Below, piece by piece: positions 17,714-26,319 of a stretch of 64,000 bases of DNA. How positions within the stretch are numbered: the stretch's first letter is position 1; the number at the start of each line of letters is the position of its first letter. A program made the position numbers and the translations under genes. This stretch comes from an uncultured Solirubrobacterales bacterium (GTDB lineage: Bacteria > Actinomycetota > Thermoleophilia > Solirubrobacterales > Solirubrobacteraceae): the NCBI GenBank assembly GCA_963811445.1, contig CAWERP010000008.1, forward strand, positions 2,087-66,086, in the 5' to 3' direction. The notes below the pieces were generated by a model. That model did not search any database. It was not told the origin of the DNA and worked only from the letters and a program-made list of their open reading frames with translations.

Positions 17714-19047
17714 TGGCACCCGTCACACGATACGCCCGAAGCGGCAAGGCCAGCATCGCCTACCAGGTCGTGGGGGACGGCGGACTGGACGTGCTCTTCC
17801 TCACCGGGTGGATCACCCAGATCGAGCATCTCTGGGAGGCGCCGGCCAATCGCCGCTTCCTCGAGCGTCTCGCCGGATTCGGCCGGCTCATCCTCTACGA
17901 CAGTCGCGGCACCGGGCTGTCCGACCGCGTCCTTGACAGCTACACGGTCGAGCAGGAGGCGCAGGACGCCCTGGCCGTCCTCGACGCCGCCGGGAGCGAA
18001 CGCGCCGCCGTCCTCACCTATGCGCAGGGGGGGCTCCTCGGAGCGTTCCTCGCCGCCGAACACTCCGAGCGCGTCGGCGCGCTGGTCATGTACGCGTCGG
18101 TGGCCCGCACCTCGTGGGCTCCGGACTACCACTGGGCGATGCGCAGCGAGGAAAGAGAAGAGCTGAGCGAGCGCGCCGTCTCGAGCTGGGGCGAGGCGGA
18201 CGGCGCCGCGATGTCGGCGTGGGCGCCGTCGATGAACGAAGATCCCGCGCTGGTTGCCTGGTTCGCCCGCATGCAGCGCCTGGCGGCCAGCCCGAGCGAG
18301 GCGCGGATCATCTCGCGGGCGATGGTCGACACCGATGTGCGCCACGTGCTGCCGCGCATCCACGTCCCCACGCTCGTCATGCACCGACCGGAGGAGCTCG
18401 TCTGGGACGTGCGCCACTCCCATTACCTCGCCGAGCACATCCCCGGCGCTCGCTACATCGAGCTCGAGGGGATCGACTCCTTTCCCTTCGTGGGCGACAG
18501 CGAGGCGATCGTCGAAGAGGTCGAGGAGTTCCTGACCGGTGGGCGCACCGGCGGCGAGCTCGCGCGAGCGCTGCTCACGGTGATGTTCACGGACATCGTG
18601 GATGCCACGGCGCGTGCCGCCGAGCTCGGCGACGGCCGCTGGCGGGATCTGCTCGCACGCCACGACGAGGACGTGCGCACGGAGCTCGCCCGGTTCGGGG
18701 GCCGGGAGGTGAAGACGGTGGGCGACGGCTTTCTGGCGACCTTCGACGGCCCGCCCTCGCGCGCACTGCGCTGCGCGCTGGCCATCACCCGCGCCGCACG
18801 CGAGCTCGGTGTGGAGGTCCGCGTCGGCATGCATACGGGCGAGTGCGAGCTGATCGGCGATGACGTCGGCGGGATGGCCGTCCACATCGCCGCGCGGGTG
18901 GGCGGGCTCGCGGGCCCGGGTGAGGTGCTCGTCTCGGGCACGGTGTTCGGGACCGTCGTGGGAGGCCCGTTCACGTTCGAGGACCGGGGCCTTCACGAGC
19001 TGAAGGGCGTCCCGGGTCGCTGGCCGCTGTTCGCGCTCGGCGCTTGA
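17713..19047 (+). CDS. alpha/beta-hydrolase-fold domain fused to a class III adenylate/guanylate cyclase (LipJ-like architecture)
   Basis: The N-terminal half, IAYQVVGDGGLDVLFLTGW...LILYDSRGTGLSD, is alpha/beta-hydrolase-like. The C-terminal half, LLTVMFTDIVDATARA...VKTVGDGFLATF...VRVGMHTGECE...GMAVHIAARV, carries cyclase catalytic motifs. Confidence 0.85.
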   Translation: MAPVTRYARSGKASIAYQVVGDGGLDVLFLTGWITQIEHLWEAPANRRFLERLAGFGRLILYDSRGTGLSDRVLDSYTVEQEAQDALAVLDAAGSERAAVLTYAQGGLLGAFLAAEHSERVGALVMYASVARTSWAPDYHWAMRSEEREELSERAVSSWGEADGAAMSAWAPSMNEDPALVAWFARMQRLAASPSEARIISRAMVDTDVRHVLPRIHVPTLVMHRPEELVWDVRHSHYLAEHIPGARYIELEGIDSFPFVGDSEAIVEEVEEFLTGGRTGGELARALLTVMFTDIVDATARAAELGDGRWRDLLARHDEDVRTELARFGGREVKTVGDGFLATFDGPPSRALRCALAITRAARELGVEVRVGMHTGECELIGDDVGGMAVHIAARVGGLAGPGEVLVSGTVFGTVVGGPFTFEDRGLHELKGVPGRWPLFALGA

Positions 19048-19330
19048 CCCTAGTAGCCGGATCGTCCCGCCCGAGCGCGTCCATCACGACTGCCGCCTCG
19101 ACTCCCTGAACGGCGATCAGCTTCTCGCGCGAGCGCTCGCCGCGCACGATTGTCACCCGGGAGGCGGCCACACCCGCCCGGCGGGCGATCAGACGGCACA
19201 GCGCACGATTCGCGCGCCCCTCCACCGGTGGAGCGGACACGCGCGCCACCAGAACCCCGTCGCGGATCCCCACGAGCTCGTCCCGGTGGGCGCGAGCCTG
19301 AAGGCGGACCGTGATCTTCGCATCGGCCAT
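18971..19330 (-). CDS. DUF167 (YggU-like) family protein
   Basis: ITVRLQARAHRDELVGIRDGVLVARVSAPPVEGRANRALCRLIARRAGVAASRVTIVRGERSREKLI fits the DUF167 pattern. The 3' tail overlaps the convergent cyclase gene, so the true end is uncertain. Confidence 0.6.
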   Translation of the reverse strand: MADAKITVRLQARAHRDELVGIRDGVLVARVSAPPVEGRANRALCRLIARRAGVAASRVTIVRGERSREKLIAVQGVEAAVVMDALGRDDPATRVKRRARTAASDPGRPSAREGPGPRT

Positions 19331-19847
19331 GGCACACATGATGGCCCCGCGCCCGGCCCTCGCGCGCTGCGATCCCTGCTGGGATACTCGCCGCGTGAGC
19401 GCGTTCGTGACCGCCGGTGGCGGGTTCCTGCTTGCGGTCCTGTGGTTCGATCTGATGTTCGACGTGCAGGTCCTCTATCACCGCGAGAGCGACATGCCGG
19501 AGGACGTGCTCGCCTCGGTGGCGGGCTACTACCGGCGGGTGACGACCTCCGCCCGGCCGATGAACCGCCTGATCGCCGCCGTCATGCTCGCGACGCTCGC
19601 GGCCATCATCATCCAGATCGCACAGGGAGACCAGCCGCGCTGGGCCGCGTGGGCATCGATCGCGCTCGCGGCGGCGCCCATCCTGCTGGCGGGTCTTCGC
19701 ACGGTGCCGAGCGCGGTGCGCCTCGGCTCGCGCGTCGACCCCGTCGAGCGTCAGAGCGAGCTGGCCAGATCGATCGGCCGCGAGCATCTGTTCTGCTTCG
19801 TGGCCATCGCGGCCGTTCTCGCGCTCCAGCTGTCTGCTCTAGCCTGA
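19311..19847 (+). CDS. hypothetical integral membrane protein
   Basis: At least 3-4 hydrophobic segments (FVTAGGGFLLAVLWFDLMF, LIAAVMLATLAAIIIQI, WASIALAAAPILLAGL, LFCFVAIAAVLALQL). The start is uncertain and probably internal. No family recognised. Confidence 0.5.
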   Translation: MIFASAMAHMMAPRPALARCDPCWDTRRVSAFVTAGGGFLLAVLWFDLMFDVQVLYHRESDMPEDVLASVAGYYRRVTTSARPMNRLIAAVMLATLAAIIIQIAQGDQPRWAAWASIALAAAPILLAGLRTVPSAVRLGSRVDPVERQSELARSIGREHLFCFVAIAAVLALQLSALA

Positions 19848-19851
19848 GGGG

Positions 19852-20184
19852 ATGCACGTCGAGCTTCTTTTCTGGGAGGGCTGCCCGTCGCACGCCAAGG
19901 CGCTCTCCGAACTGCGCGCGGCGATGGCCGAGCTTTCACTGGACCCCGACGAGGTCGTCGTGCGCGAGGTCGACACCGAGGCCGCGGCAGCCGCCGAGCG
20001 CTTCGTCGGGTCGCCGACGATCCGCATCGACGGCGTGGACATCCAGCCGCCGGACGAGGAGCCGGTGGGGCTCACGTGTCGCGTCTACCGCCGGCGTGAC
20101 GGTCGGATCTCCCCGACTCCGGACCCGGCCGACGTGCGCGACGCGCTGCGCGACGCGCGGAGCGCCGCGCTGGAGCGGCACTAG
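19852..20184 (+). CDS. small thioredoxin-fold protein (single CPSH motif), family uncertain
   Basis: MHVELLFWEGCPSH...FVGSPTIRIDGVD resembles glutaredoxin/thioredoxin-like proteins. Tightly packed with the next gene. Confidence 0.5.
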   Translation: MHVELLFWEGCPSHAKALSELRAAMAELSLDPDEVVVREVDTEAAAAAERFVGSPTIRIDGVDIQPPDEEPVGLTCRVYRRRDGRISPTPDPADVRDALRDARSAALERH

Positions 20185-20706
20185 ATGCCCGCGATCGGCG
20201 ATCACGCTCCGACGTTCGCACTGCCGGACACCACCGGGAGCACCCACGAACCGGGCGGCGCCCCGGCGACGGTCGTCGTGTTCACCTGCAACCACTGCCC
20301 CTACGCGCTGGCATGGCATCAGCGGATCATCGACGTCTCGCGGGACTACACCGGCCGCGGAGTGCGGGTGCTGGCTGTGAATCCCAACGACTCCGAGCGC
20401 TACCCGAAGGACTCGCTCCAGGCGATGCGCTCGCGCGTCGAACGGGGCGACTTCGAGGGCACGCCGTATCTGCGCGACGAGTCCCAAGATGTGGCCCGCG
20501 AGTACGACGCGAAGACCACGCCGGACGTCTTCGTCCTCGATGCCGGCGGGCTGCTCCGCTATCGCGGCGCTCCGGACTCCGACAGCGACGACCCGTCGCA
20601 GAACGCCGCCTTCCTGCGCGGCGCCCTCGACGCCGTGCTCGACGGCCGCGCACCCGACCCGGCCGAGACGCCCCCGGTCGGGTGCTCGATCAAGTGGAAA
20701 GCCTGA
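20185..20706 (+). CDS. thioredoxin-family (TlpA/redoxin-like) thiol-disulfide oxidoreductase
   Basis: PAIGDHAPTFALPD...VVVFTCNHCPY (CxxC)...TPDVFVLDAGGLLRYRG is the typical redoxin layout. It starts directly after the previous stop. Confidence 0.75.
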   Translation: MPAIGDHAPTFALPDTTGSTHEPGGAPATVVVFTCNHCPYALAWHQRIIDVSRDYTGRGVRVLAVNPNDSERYPKDSLQAMRSRVERGDFEGTPYLRDESQDVAREYDAKTTPDVFVLDAGGLLRYRGAPDSDSDDPSQNAAFLRGALDAVLDGRAPDPAETPPVGCSIKWKA

Positions 20707-20799
20707 TGTCCGCAGGCCGAACGGCCTGAGCGCTCGAGGCGGCCGTCCGGCGGGCGGCCGCGCCGCCACACGGCCCCGAGTGACCCTCGCCGCACCGGC

Positions 20800-21537
20800 T
20801 CATGGCACCCAGGTCTCGGCCAGCGGCGTGACCTGCAGCTCGTGGGTCGCGGCCCGCGCACCCTGACGGGCGAGGAACAGGACCGCGTCGGCGAGCTCGC
20901 GGGGATCGGCGAGCTCCTCGCGCCTGCTGCCCGGGCGCGTCTGGCCGCTGAGCGGTTCGATCCCCGCGTCGACGATCAGCAGTGCGACGTGTATCCCCTG
21001 ACCGCGCAGCTCCAGGGCCGCCGCCTGCGTGATCGCGCGCACGCCGAAAGCGCCCGCCGCCCACAGGCCACGCTCGGGGATCGCCCGCCGGGATGACCCG
21101 CCGGTCACCTGGATCAGGGTGGCCGGTCGTTCCGCTGCAGCTAGGACGCTTCCCGCGCCCGAGAGGAACGCGAAGGCCGACCGGGCGGGCGCGGCGGCCC
21201 ACGCGTCGAAGGCATCGGCGTCCGCCGCGGCGATCGGTCCTCCCCCGAACGGGCCGCTGCGCGTGCCCCCGTAGGCGGAAGCCGCGTTGACAACGAGATC
21301 GACGGGACCATGGGCTCCTGCGGCCTGCTCGACGGCGCCGCGAACGCTCGCCTGGTCGGTGACGTCGGCGCGCAACGCCAGTGCCCCCGCGGCGGCGATC
21401 GCCTGCAGCGTGGACTCCGAGCGGGCCACCCCGGCCACCGCCCACCCCTCGCCGATCAGCCTCTCGATGATCGCCCGGCCGAGGTTGCGTGCGCCGAACA
21501 CCAAGGCACAGGCGCGGTCCTCTCGTCGATCTGCCAT
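20800..21537 (-). CDS. SDR-family oxidoreductase (atypical)
   Basis: CALVFGARNLGRAIIERLIGEGWAVAGVARS Rossmann motif and VNAASAYGG. Trimmed to MADRRE. Confidence 0.65.
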   Translation of the reverse strand: MADRREDRACALVFGARNLGRAIIERLIGEGWAVAGVARSESTLQAIAAAGALALRADVTDQASVRGAVEQAAGAHGPVDLVVNAASAYGGTRSGPFGGGPIAAADADAFDAWAAAPARSAFAFLSGAGSVLAAAERPATLIQVTGGSSRRAIPERGLWAAGAFGVRAITQAAALELRGQGIHVALLIVDAGIEPLSGQTRPGSRREELADPRELADAVLFLARQGARAATHELQVTPLAETWVP

Positions 21538-21562
21538 CGCGCTCCCTTCGGTCTGCGCCACT

Positions 21563-22555
21563 CTAGGGCGCCCGTTCGATTATCGCGCCGCGGGGCAGTT
21601 CGCGCCGCGACACGCCGATGCCGGCGCACAGGCGGATGCAGGGCACGTACACCGGGCGAAACCCGAGCAGCTGGTTGATCGTGACCACGCGATAGCCGCG
21701 CGAGCGCAGCGCGCCGATGATCGACGGGTAGGCGGCGAGCGTCTGACGGCGTGGACCGCCGCCGTCGTGGGAGATGATGATCGAGCCGGGCTGGACCTGA
21801 CTGAGCACGCGCTGCTCGATCGCACGCGTGCCGGGCTGGGTGTAGTCGCTGGGATCGACGTTCCACAGCACCGTCGCGAGGCCGAGCGAGCGGGCGATCT
21901 GAACGGTCGACCCGTCGTAGGCTCCGTAGGGCGGGCGGAACACGCAGGGCGTGTAGCCAGTGAGCGAGCGGATCGCCCCGATCGTCCGTGCGAGCTGCGT
22001 GCGGACGGCGCCCGTCAGCGTCAGGTAGGGATGGGTGAACGTGTGGTCTCCCAGCACGTCGCCGTCGCGCAGCTCGCGCATCAGGGTCGGGGCGTATGCG
22101 CGGCTCAGCTGCGAGCCGATCATGAAGAACGTCGCCTGCGCGCGGCTGCGCTCGAGCATCGACACGAACGCGGCGGTGTCAAATGCCGGTCCGTCGTCGA
22201 AGCCGATCGCCACCTCGCGTCGGCGCGGGCCGTGCCGGTAGGCGCCCGCGCCGTGGCTGCGGCAGCCCACAGTGCGATAGCGCGCGGCCGGGCCGGGCGT
22301 CGGGGGAACGCCCGGCGTGGGCGAACCGGCCTGCGGGGCCGGCGCACCGGCAGGCGCCGTGGACGGCGCGACGGGCGCGCCTCCCTGCGCGGCGGCGTGC
22401 GCGACGAGGGAGCCTCTCGTGGTCGAGGCCTGCGCGAGCCGTCCGCCTCGCGTCGGCACGGCCAGCGCGACGGGCACGGCGACCGCAAGCGCGAGCAGCC
22501 CAAGGGCAGCCCGTGCTGCGGTCAGCGGTCGATTGAGCCGCAACGCTCGCATCAT
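21563..22555 (-). CDS. secreted polysaccharide deacetylase (NodB homology domain)
   Basis: Signal peptide (LGLLALAVAVPVALA), then VAIGFDDGP, ATFFMIG, GDHTFTHP and IIISHDGG motifs. Confidence 0.85.
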   Translation of the reverse strand: MMRALRLNRPLTAARAALGLLALAVAVPVALAVPTRGGRLAQASTTRGSLVAHAAAQGGAPVAPSTAPAGAPAPQAGSPTPGVPPTPGPAARYRTVGCRSHGAGAYRHGPRRREVAIGFDDGPAFDTAAFVSMLERSRAQATFFMIGSQLSRAYAPTLMRELRDGDVLGDHTFTHPYLTLTGAVRTQLARTIGAIRSLTGYTPCVFRPPYGAYDGSTVQIARSLGLATVLWNVDPSDYTQPGTRAIEQRVLSQVQPGSIIISHDGGGPRRQTLAAYPSIIGALRSRGYRVVTINQLLGFRPVYVPCIRLCAGIGVSRRELPRGAIIERAP

Positions 22556-22568
22556 CGCGACCGGTCCC

Positions 22569-23837
22569 TCAGACGTCTACGGAGAAGCGCAGGCGCGCCC
22601 GCTCGAAACGATCGACGCACGAGGTGCCGAGCGCGGTGGCCGGGGTGAGGCAGCCCGCGCCCTCGGGCGTCGCACCGTCCTCTGCCAGCAGGATCCCCGC
22701 CTCGCCGATCATCCTCGCCGTCGCCAGATAGCCGGGATGTCCCTCGGCGTCGGCTCGCACCTCGATCTCCTTCCCGCCCGGCGTGTGCGCGCGGACGGTC
22801 ATCGTCCAGCTCCAACCCTCGAGGCGGTCGGCGGCGGGGCCGAACCCCGACGCCGGGCCGATCCGTGCGAGCGCGCCCGCGAGGCGTCGCCTGATCGCCG
22901 GTCTGGCGCCCGCGAGGCTGCGAACCCCCACCTGCATGGCCGACAGGGCGCCCGCCACGCCCCAGCGCAGCGGAAGCGTCACCGCGCTTCCCCCCAGCAG
23001 CACTCCCTCCCGATAGCGGAAGGGCTCGGCGGGACGGCCTTCGGCGGCCGCCACCAGGGCGGCGGTCCGCTGGATGACGGCGGGATTGATGAACGCCGCC
23101 GGCGTCATTGGGGCGATCACGGCGCCGTCGGCCGCGCGCCGCGGCAGGAGCTCGATCGGACTCGCGCGCCGCACGGCGCCGGCCAGGATGGCGTCGGTGA
23201 TGAGCGCCGCCGGGTCGATCGTGACCTTGGCGTCCTTTGAGCCCGCGACGGCCGACAGGCTCTGGAAGGTCCCGCCCGACATCCCGTCAGAGGGGCGCGG
23301 CAGCCCGTCCGGCGGGTTGATCGACACCTCGAGCTCCACGGCTGAAAGACCCTCGTCCCAGCGTTCGCGGGCGGTCTGTCCGGCGAGCCTCACCGCGAGG
23401 TCGGGCGGGAGCGCCTCGAACCCGCACACCTGGACGATCTTCGACCCCGCCGCGGCGGCCGGGCCATCGAGCTCGTCGATCACCCGACGGACGAACGGGA
23501 TCTCGCCTGTCAGGTCGACGTAGTGGGCGCCCTCGGCAACGCATGCCTCGATCACCGGGCGGCCATGGAGGGTGTAGGGGCCGACCAGGTTCAGGACCAC
23601 CCGGGCCCGTGAGGCGAGCGCCGCGAGCGAGGCCGGGTCGGCGACGTCGGCGGCGATCGTCTCGGGCGGGCTCACCCCGGCCTCACCCAGCATTCGCGAG
23701 GCCTTCTCGACGTCGCGCGCGGCGGGCGCCCAGCGCAGGCCCATCTCGGCCGAGCGTTCGGCCAGATAGACCGCGACGCGGCGGCCGGTGACGCCGGTTG
23801 CTCCAAAGACGACGACGTCGAGATCGCGGTCGCTCAC
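22569..23837 (-). CDS. saccharopine dehydrogenase-like NAD(P)-binding oxidoreductase (trans-acting enoyl reductase-like)
   Basis: ORF 22569..24347 trimmed to GTG 23837. VVVFGATGVTGRRVAVYLAE, VVLNLVGPYTLHGRPVIEACVAEGAHYVDLTGE. Confidence 0.75.
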   Translation of the reverse strand: MSDRDLDVVVFGATGVTGRRVAVYLAERSAEMGLRWAPAARDVEKASRMLGEAGVSPPETIAADVADPASLAALASRARVVLNLVGPYTLHGRPVIEACVAEGAHYVDLTGEIPFVRRVIDELDGPAAAAGSKIVQVCGFEALPPDLAVRLAGQTARERWDEGLSAVELEVSINPPDGLPRPSDGMSGGTFQSLSAVAGSKDAKVTIDPAALITDAILAGAVRRASPIELLPRRAADGAVIAPMTPAAFINPAVIQRTAALVAAAEGRPAEPFRYREGVLLGGSAVTLPLRWGVAGALSAMQVGVRSLAGARPAIRRRLAGALARIGPASGFGPAADRLEGWSWTMTVRAHTPGGKEIEVRADAEGHPGYLATARMIGEAGILLAEDGATPEGAGCLTPATALGTSCVDRFERARLRFSVDV

Positions 23838-23900
23838 GGGCTCTGAGACTACAGGGCACGCGACCCTGCGGATCGCGTGCGCCGCTAGGCTCTTGCGAGG

Positions 23901-25172
23901 ATGCGCTTCGCGGTGAAGTTCCTCGGGTGCAAGGTCTCCCAGGCCGATGTCATGCTGGCCCGCCGGCGGCTGCTCGCCGCGGGACACGAGGAGGTCCCCG
24001 AGGCCGAGGCTGAGCTGCATGTGATCAACACGTGCTGCATCACCCGCGAGGCGGAGGCGAAGTCGCGCCAGTCGGTGCGCCGCTCGCTGAAGAACGCGCG
24101 CGAGGTCTTCGTGAGCGGCTGCGCGGTCAATCTGCGCTCCGCGCAGTTCGCGGAGATCGATCCGGCAGTCAGGCCGTTCGTCGGGACCGCCGACGACGTC
24201 GCCGAGGCGATGCCGGGCGCGTTGGGCGCCTGCGCGGACCTCGAGCACGACGTGCTCGCGCGCCGGTCCACAGCGGGCTCGCCCGGCGTGTGGTCGGGAG
24301 GCCGCCGGCGTGGCTTCGTGAAGGTGCAGGACGGCTGTGATTGCCACTGCGCGTACTGCATCATCCCGACCGTTCGCGGGAGCGCGCGCTCGCGGCCGGC
24401 CTCAGCCGTGCTCGAGGAGGTGCGCCTGCGCGTCGCAAACGATCAGCCGGAGATGGTCATGACCGGCATAAGCGTCGGGGACTACCGCGATCCCGAGCGC
24501 GGGATCGATCTCGGCGGGTTGATGTTCAAGGCCGCTCGGGTGCCCGGCGTCGAGCGCGTGCGGCTCTCCTCGGTCGAGGTCATCCACGTCAAGGACTCGC
24601 TGGTCGATGCCCTGCGAACCGAGCCGAAGATCTGCCCACACCTGCACGTGCCGATGCAGTCCGGCGACGACGCCGTGCTGTCCGCGATGGGCCGCCACTA
24701 CACGGCTCAGGACTATCTCGACACGATCCGCTCGCTGCGCGACGCACTGCCGCATGTCAACGTGACCACCGACGTGATCGTGGGCTTCCCGAACGAGGAT
24801 GAGGCGGCGTTTCAGCGCACGCTTGACCTGGTGCAGGCCGCGGGCATCAGCCGGGTGCACGCCTTCTCCTACTCGCCGCGCCCGGGCACGGTCGCCGAGG
24901 AACTCGGCGACCGTGTCGCGCCGGATGAGAAGAAGCGCCGCTCGCGCGCGTTGCGCGGTCTCTCGGAGGTCAGCTCGCGCAGGCACCGTGCGGGGAAGCT
25001 CGCTCGGCGCGAGCGCGTGCTCGTGGACAAGGTGGCCGACACGCAGTGCTCGGGGTACACCGCCGACTACACGCGCTGCTATTTGCCGGCGGGCGCCGCG
25101 GCGAGCGGCGAGCTGCTCGACGTCGCCGTCGAGGAGCTGTACGCCGACGGACTGCGCGTCAGAGCCCTGTAG
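23901..25172 (+). CDS. mtaB: radical-SAM methylthiotransferase, MtaB-like (MiaB family)
   Basis: UPF0004 N-domain (KFLGCKVSQAD, INTCCITREAE), radical-SAM cluster motif GCDCHCAYCIIP, and a TRAM-like C-terminus. Confidence 0.8.
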   Translation: MRFAVKFLGCKVSQADVMLARRRLLAAGHEEVPEAEAELHVINTCCITREAEAKSRQSVRRSLKNAREVFVSGCAVNLRSAQFAEIDPAVRPFVGTADDVAEAMPGALGACADLEHDVLARRSTAGSPGVWSGGRRRGFVKVQDGCDCHCAYCIIPTVRGSARSRPASAVLEEVRLRVANDQPEMVMTGISVGDYRDPERGIDLGGLMFKAARVPGVERVRLSSVEVIHVKDSLVDALRTEPKICPHLHVPMQSGDDAVLSAMGRHYTAQDYLDTIRSLRDALPHVNVTTDVIVGFPNEDEAAFQRTLDLVQAAGISRVHAFSYSPRPGTVAEELGDRVAPDEKKRRSRALRGLSEVSSRRHRAGKLARRERVLVDKVADTQCSGYTADYTRCYLPAGAAASGELLDVAVEELYADGLRVRAL

Positions 25173-25219
25173 GACTCCCGCGGCCCGAGTCCGAGGCGGG
25201 GTCGGCCCGGCCCCGCGAC

Positions 25220-25570
25220 CTATCGATCACCCGAGTTCGCGCGCGCGGCCCAGCACTTCGACCAGGCGTCGACGGGGGCGAGCACACGCAAGAGGCTTCG
25301 GCCTTCGTCGCTGAGCTGGTAGCCGCGACCCGCCGGCTCGGCCACGATTCCGGCCTCGCGCAGCTCCTGCAGGCGCTGGGTCAGGACGCTCGAGGAGATT
25401 TCACCGCAACGGGCCTGCAGCTCGCGAAACGTCGGGGCCCCGTCGTCGCGGAGCTCCCACAGCACCCGCAGCGCCCAGCGACGACCGAGCAGGTCGAGCA
25501 GAGCCATCACCGGCCGGCCCGTCTGCGAACCGCGGACCGGACGGCCCGGAAGCGGAGGCGCCGGTTTCAT
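25220..25570 (-). CDS. HxlR-family transcriptional regulator
   Basis: LLDLLGRRWALRVLWELRDDGAPTFRELQARCGEISSSVLTQRLQELREAGIV. Divergent from the CMD-family gene across an AT-rich 56-bp spacer. Confidence 0.8.
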   Translation of the reverse strand: MKPAPPLPGRPVRGSQTGRPVMALLDLLGRRWALRVLWELRDDGAPTFRELQARCGEISSSVLTQRLQELREAGIVAEPAGRGYQLSDEGRSLLRVLAPVDAWSKCWAARANSGDR

Positions 25571-25626
25571 TTGCTTTGAAATTAGAAGCTATACTCGTGT
25601 CTCGATTTTCGAAGAGGAGGTTAGCC

Positions 25627-26202
25627 ATGACGCAGGTCAGACAACGCGCGCGGATCGCGCCCCTCAATCCCCCGTATCCGCCGGAGACCGAGGCCGCGCT
25701 GCGCAAGTGGATGCCCCCGGGGAGCGCGGCGGAGCCGCTCAAGCTGTTTCGCACGCTCAACATCCACCAGGATCTCGCCTCGCGGATGCGCCCGCTCGGT
25801 GCGGGGATCCTCGCTCACGGCCGCGTCGAGCCGCGCGAGCGCGAGATCCTCATTCACCGCACGTGCGCCCGGGCAGGTGCGGAGTACGAGTGGGGCGTGC
25901 ACGTGCTGGCCTACGGAAAGCCGCTCGGACTGACCGACGAGCAGATCGCGGCGACGGTGCACGGCCCGGCTGACGACCCAATCTGGTCCGAGCGCGAGGG
26001 GCTCCTTATCCGCCTCGCCGACGAACTGCACGACACCTGCACGATCGCACCGCCACTGTGGACCGAGCTCGCTGAGCACTTCGCGGACGATCTTCTGCTC
26101 GAGCTGATCGTCACCGCCGGCTGGTACCGGCTGCTCTCGGGCGTCATCAACGCCGCCCAGGTCGAACTCGAGCCTTGGGCCGCGCACTTCCCGGAACCCT
26201 GA
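25627..26202 (+). CDS. carboxymuconolactone decarboxylase (CMD/AhpD-like) family protein
   Basis: ORF trimmed to MTQVRQ (GAGGAGG 6 nt upstream). EREILIHRTCARAGAEYEWGVHV is the typical CMD-family core. Confidence 0.65.
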   Translation: MTQVRQRARIAPLNPPYPPETEAALRKWMPPGSAAEPLKLFRTLNIHQDLASRMRPLGAGILAHGRVEPREREILIHRTCARAGAEYEWGVHVLAYGKPLGLTDEQIAATVHGPADDPIWSEREGLLIRLADELHDTCTIAPPLWTELAEHFADDLLLELIVTAGWYRLLSGVINAAQVELEPWAAHFPEP

Positions 26203-26319
26203 GGTCCCGGGCGTCCGGAGGTACCGGGCGTCCGGAGGTCGGAGGCGTCCGAGGTCGGAGGCATCCAGAGGTCGGAGGCGTCCAGAGATCCCCGGCGTGA
26301 CGAGGTCGCGGCCCGGCGC
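26201..26319. repeat. about 7 tandem copies of a degenerate 17-bp unit
   Basis: The units are gaggtcccgggcgtccg, gaggtaccgggcgtccg, gaggtcggaggcgtccg, aggtcggaggcatccag, aggtcggaggcgtccag, agatccccggcgtgacg and aggtcgcggcccggcgc. The array exactly fills the gap between two convergent stop codons (26202 and 26320). Confidence 0.8.

Noticed and set aside
17713-19047. Assigning the cyclase to a known cyclic-nucleotide defence system (Pycsar or CBASS-like)
   Set aside because: The architecture matches housekeeping LipJ-like hydrolase-cyclase fusions. No effector with a cyclic-nucleotide-binding domain, TIR or TM killer module is adjacent.
26201-26319. CRISPR array interpretation of the 17-bp, 21-bp and 18-bp tandem repeats (also at 47413-47473 and 38781-39086)
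   Set aside because: The units are contiguous with no unique spacers, are far shorter than CRISPR repeats, and no cas genes are in the window.
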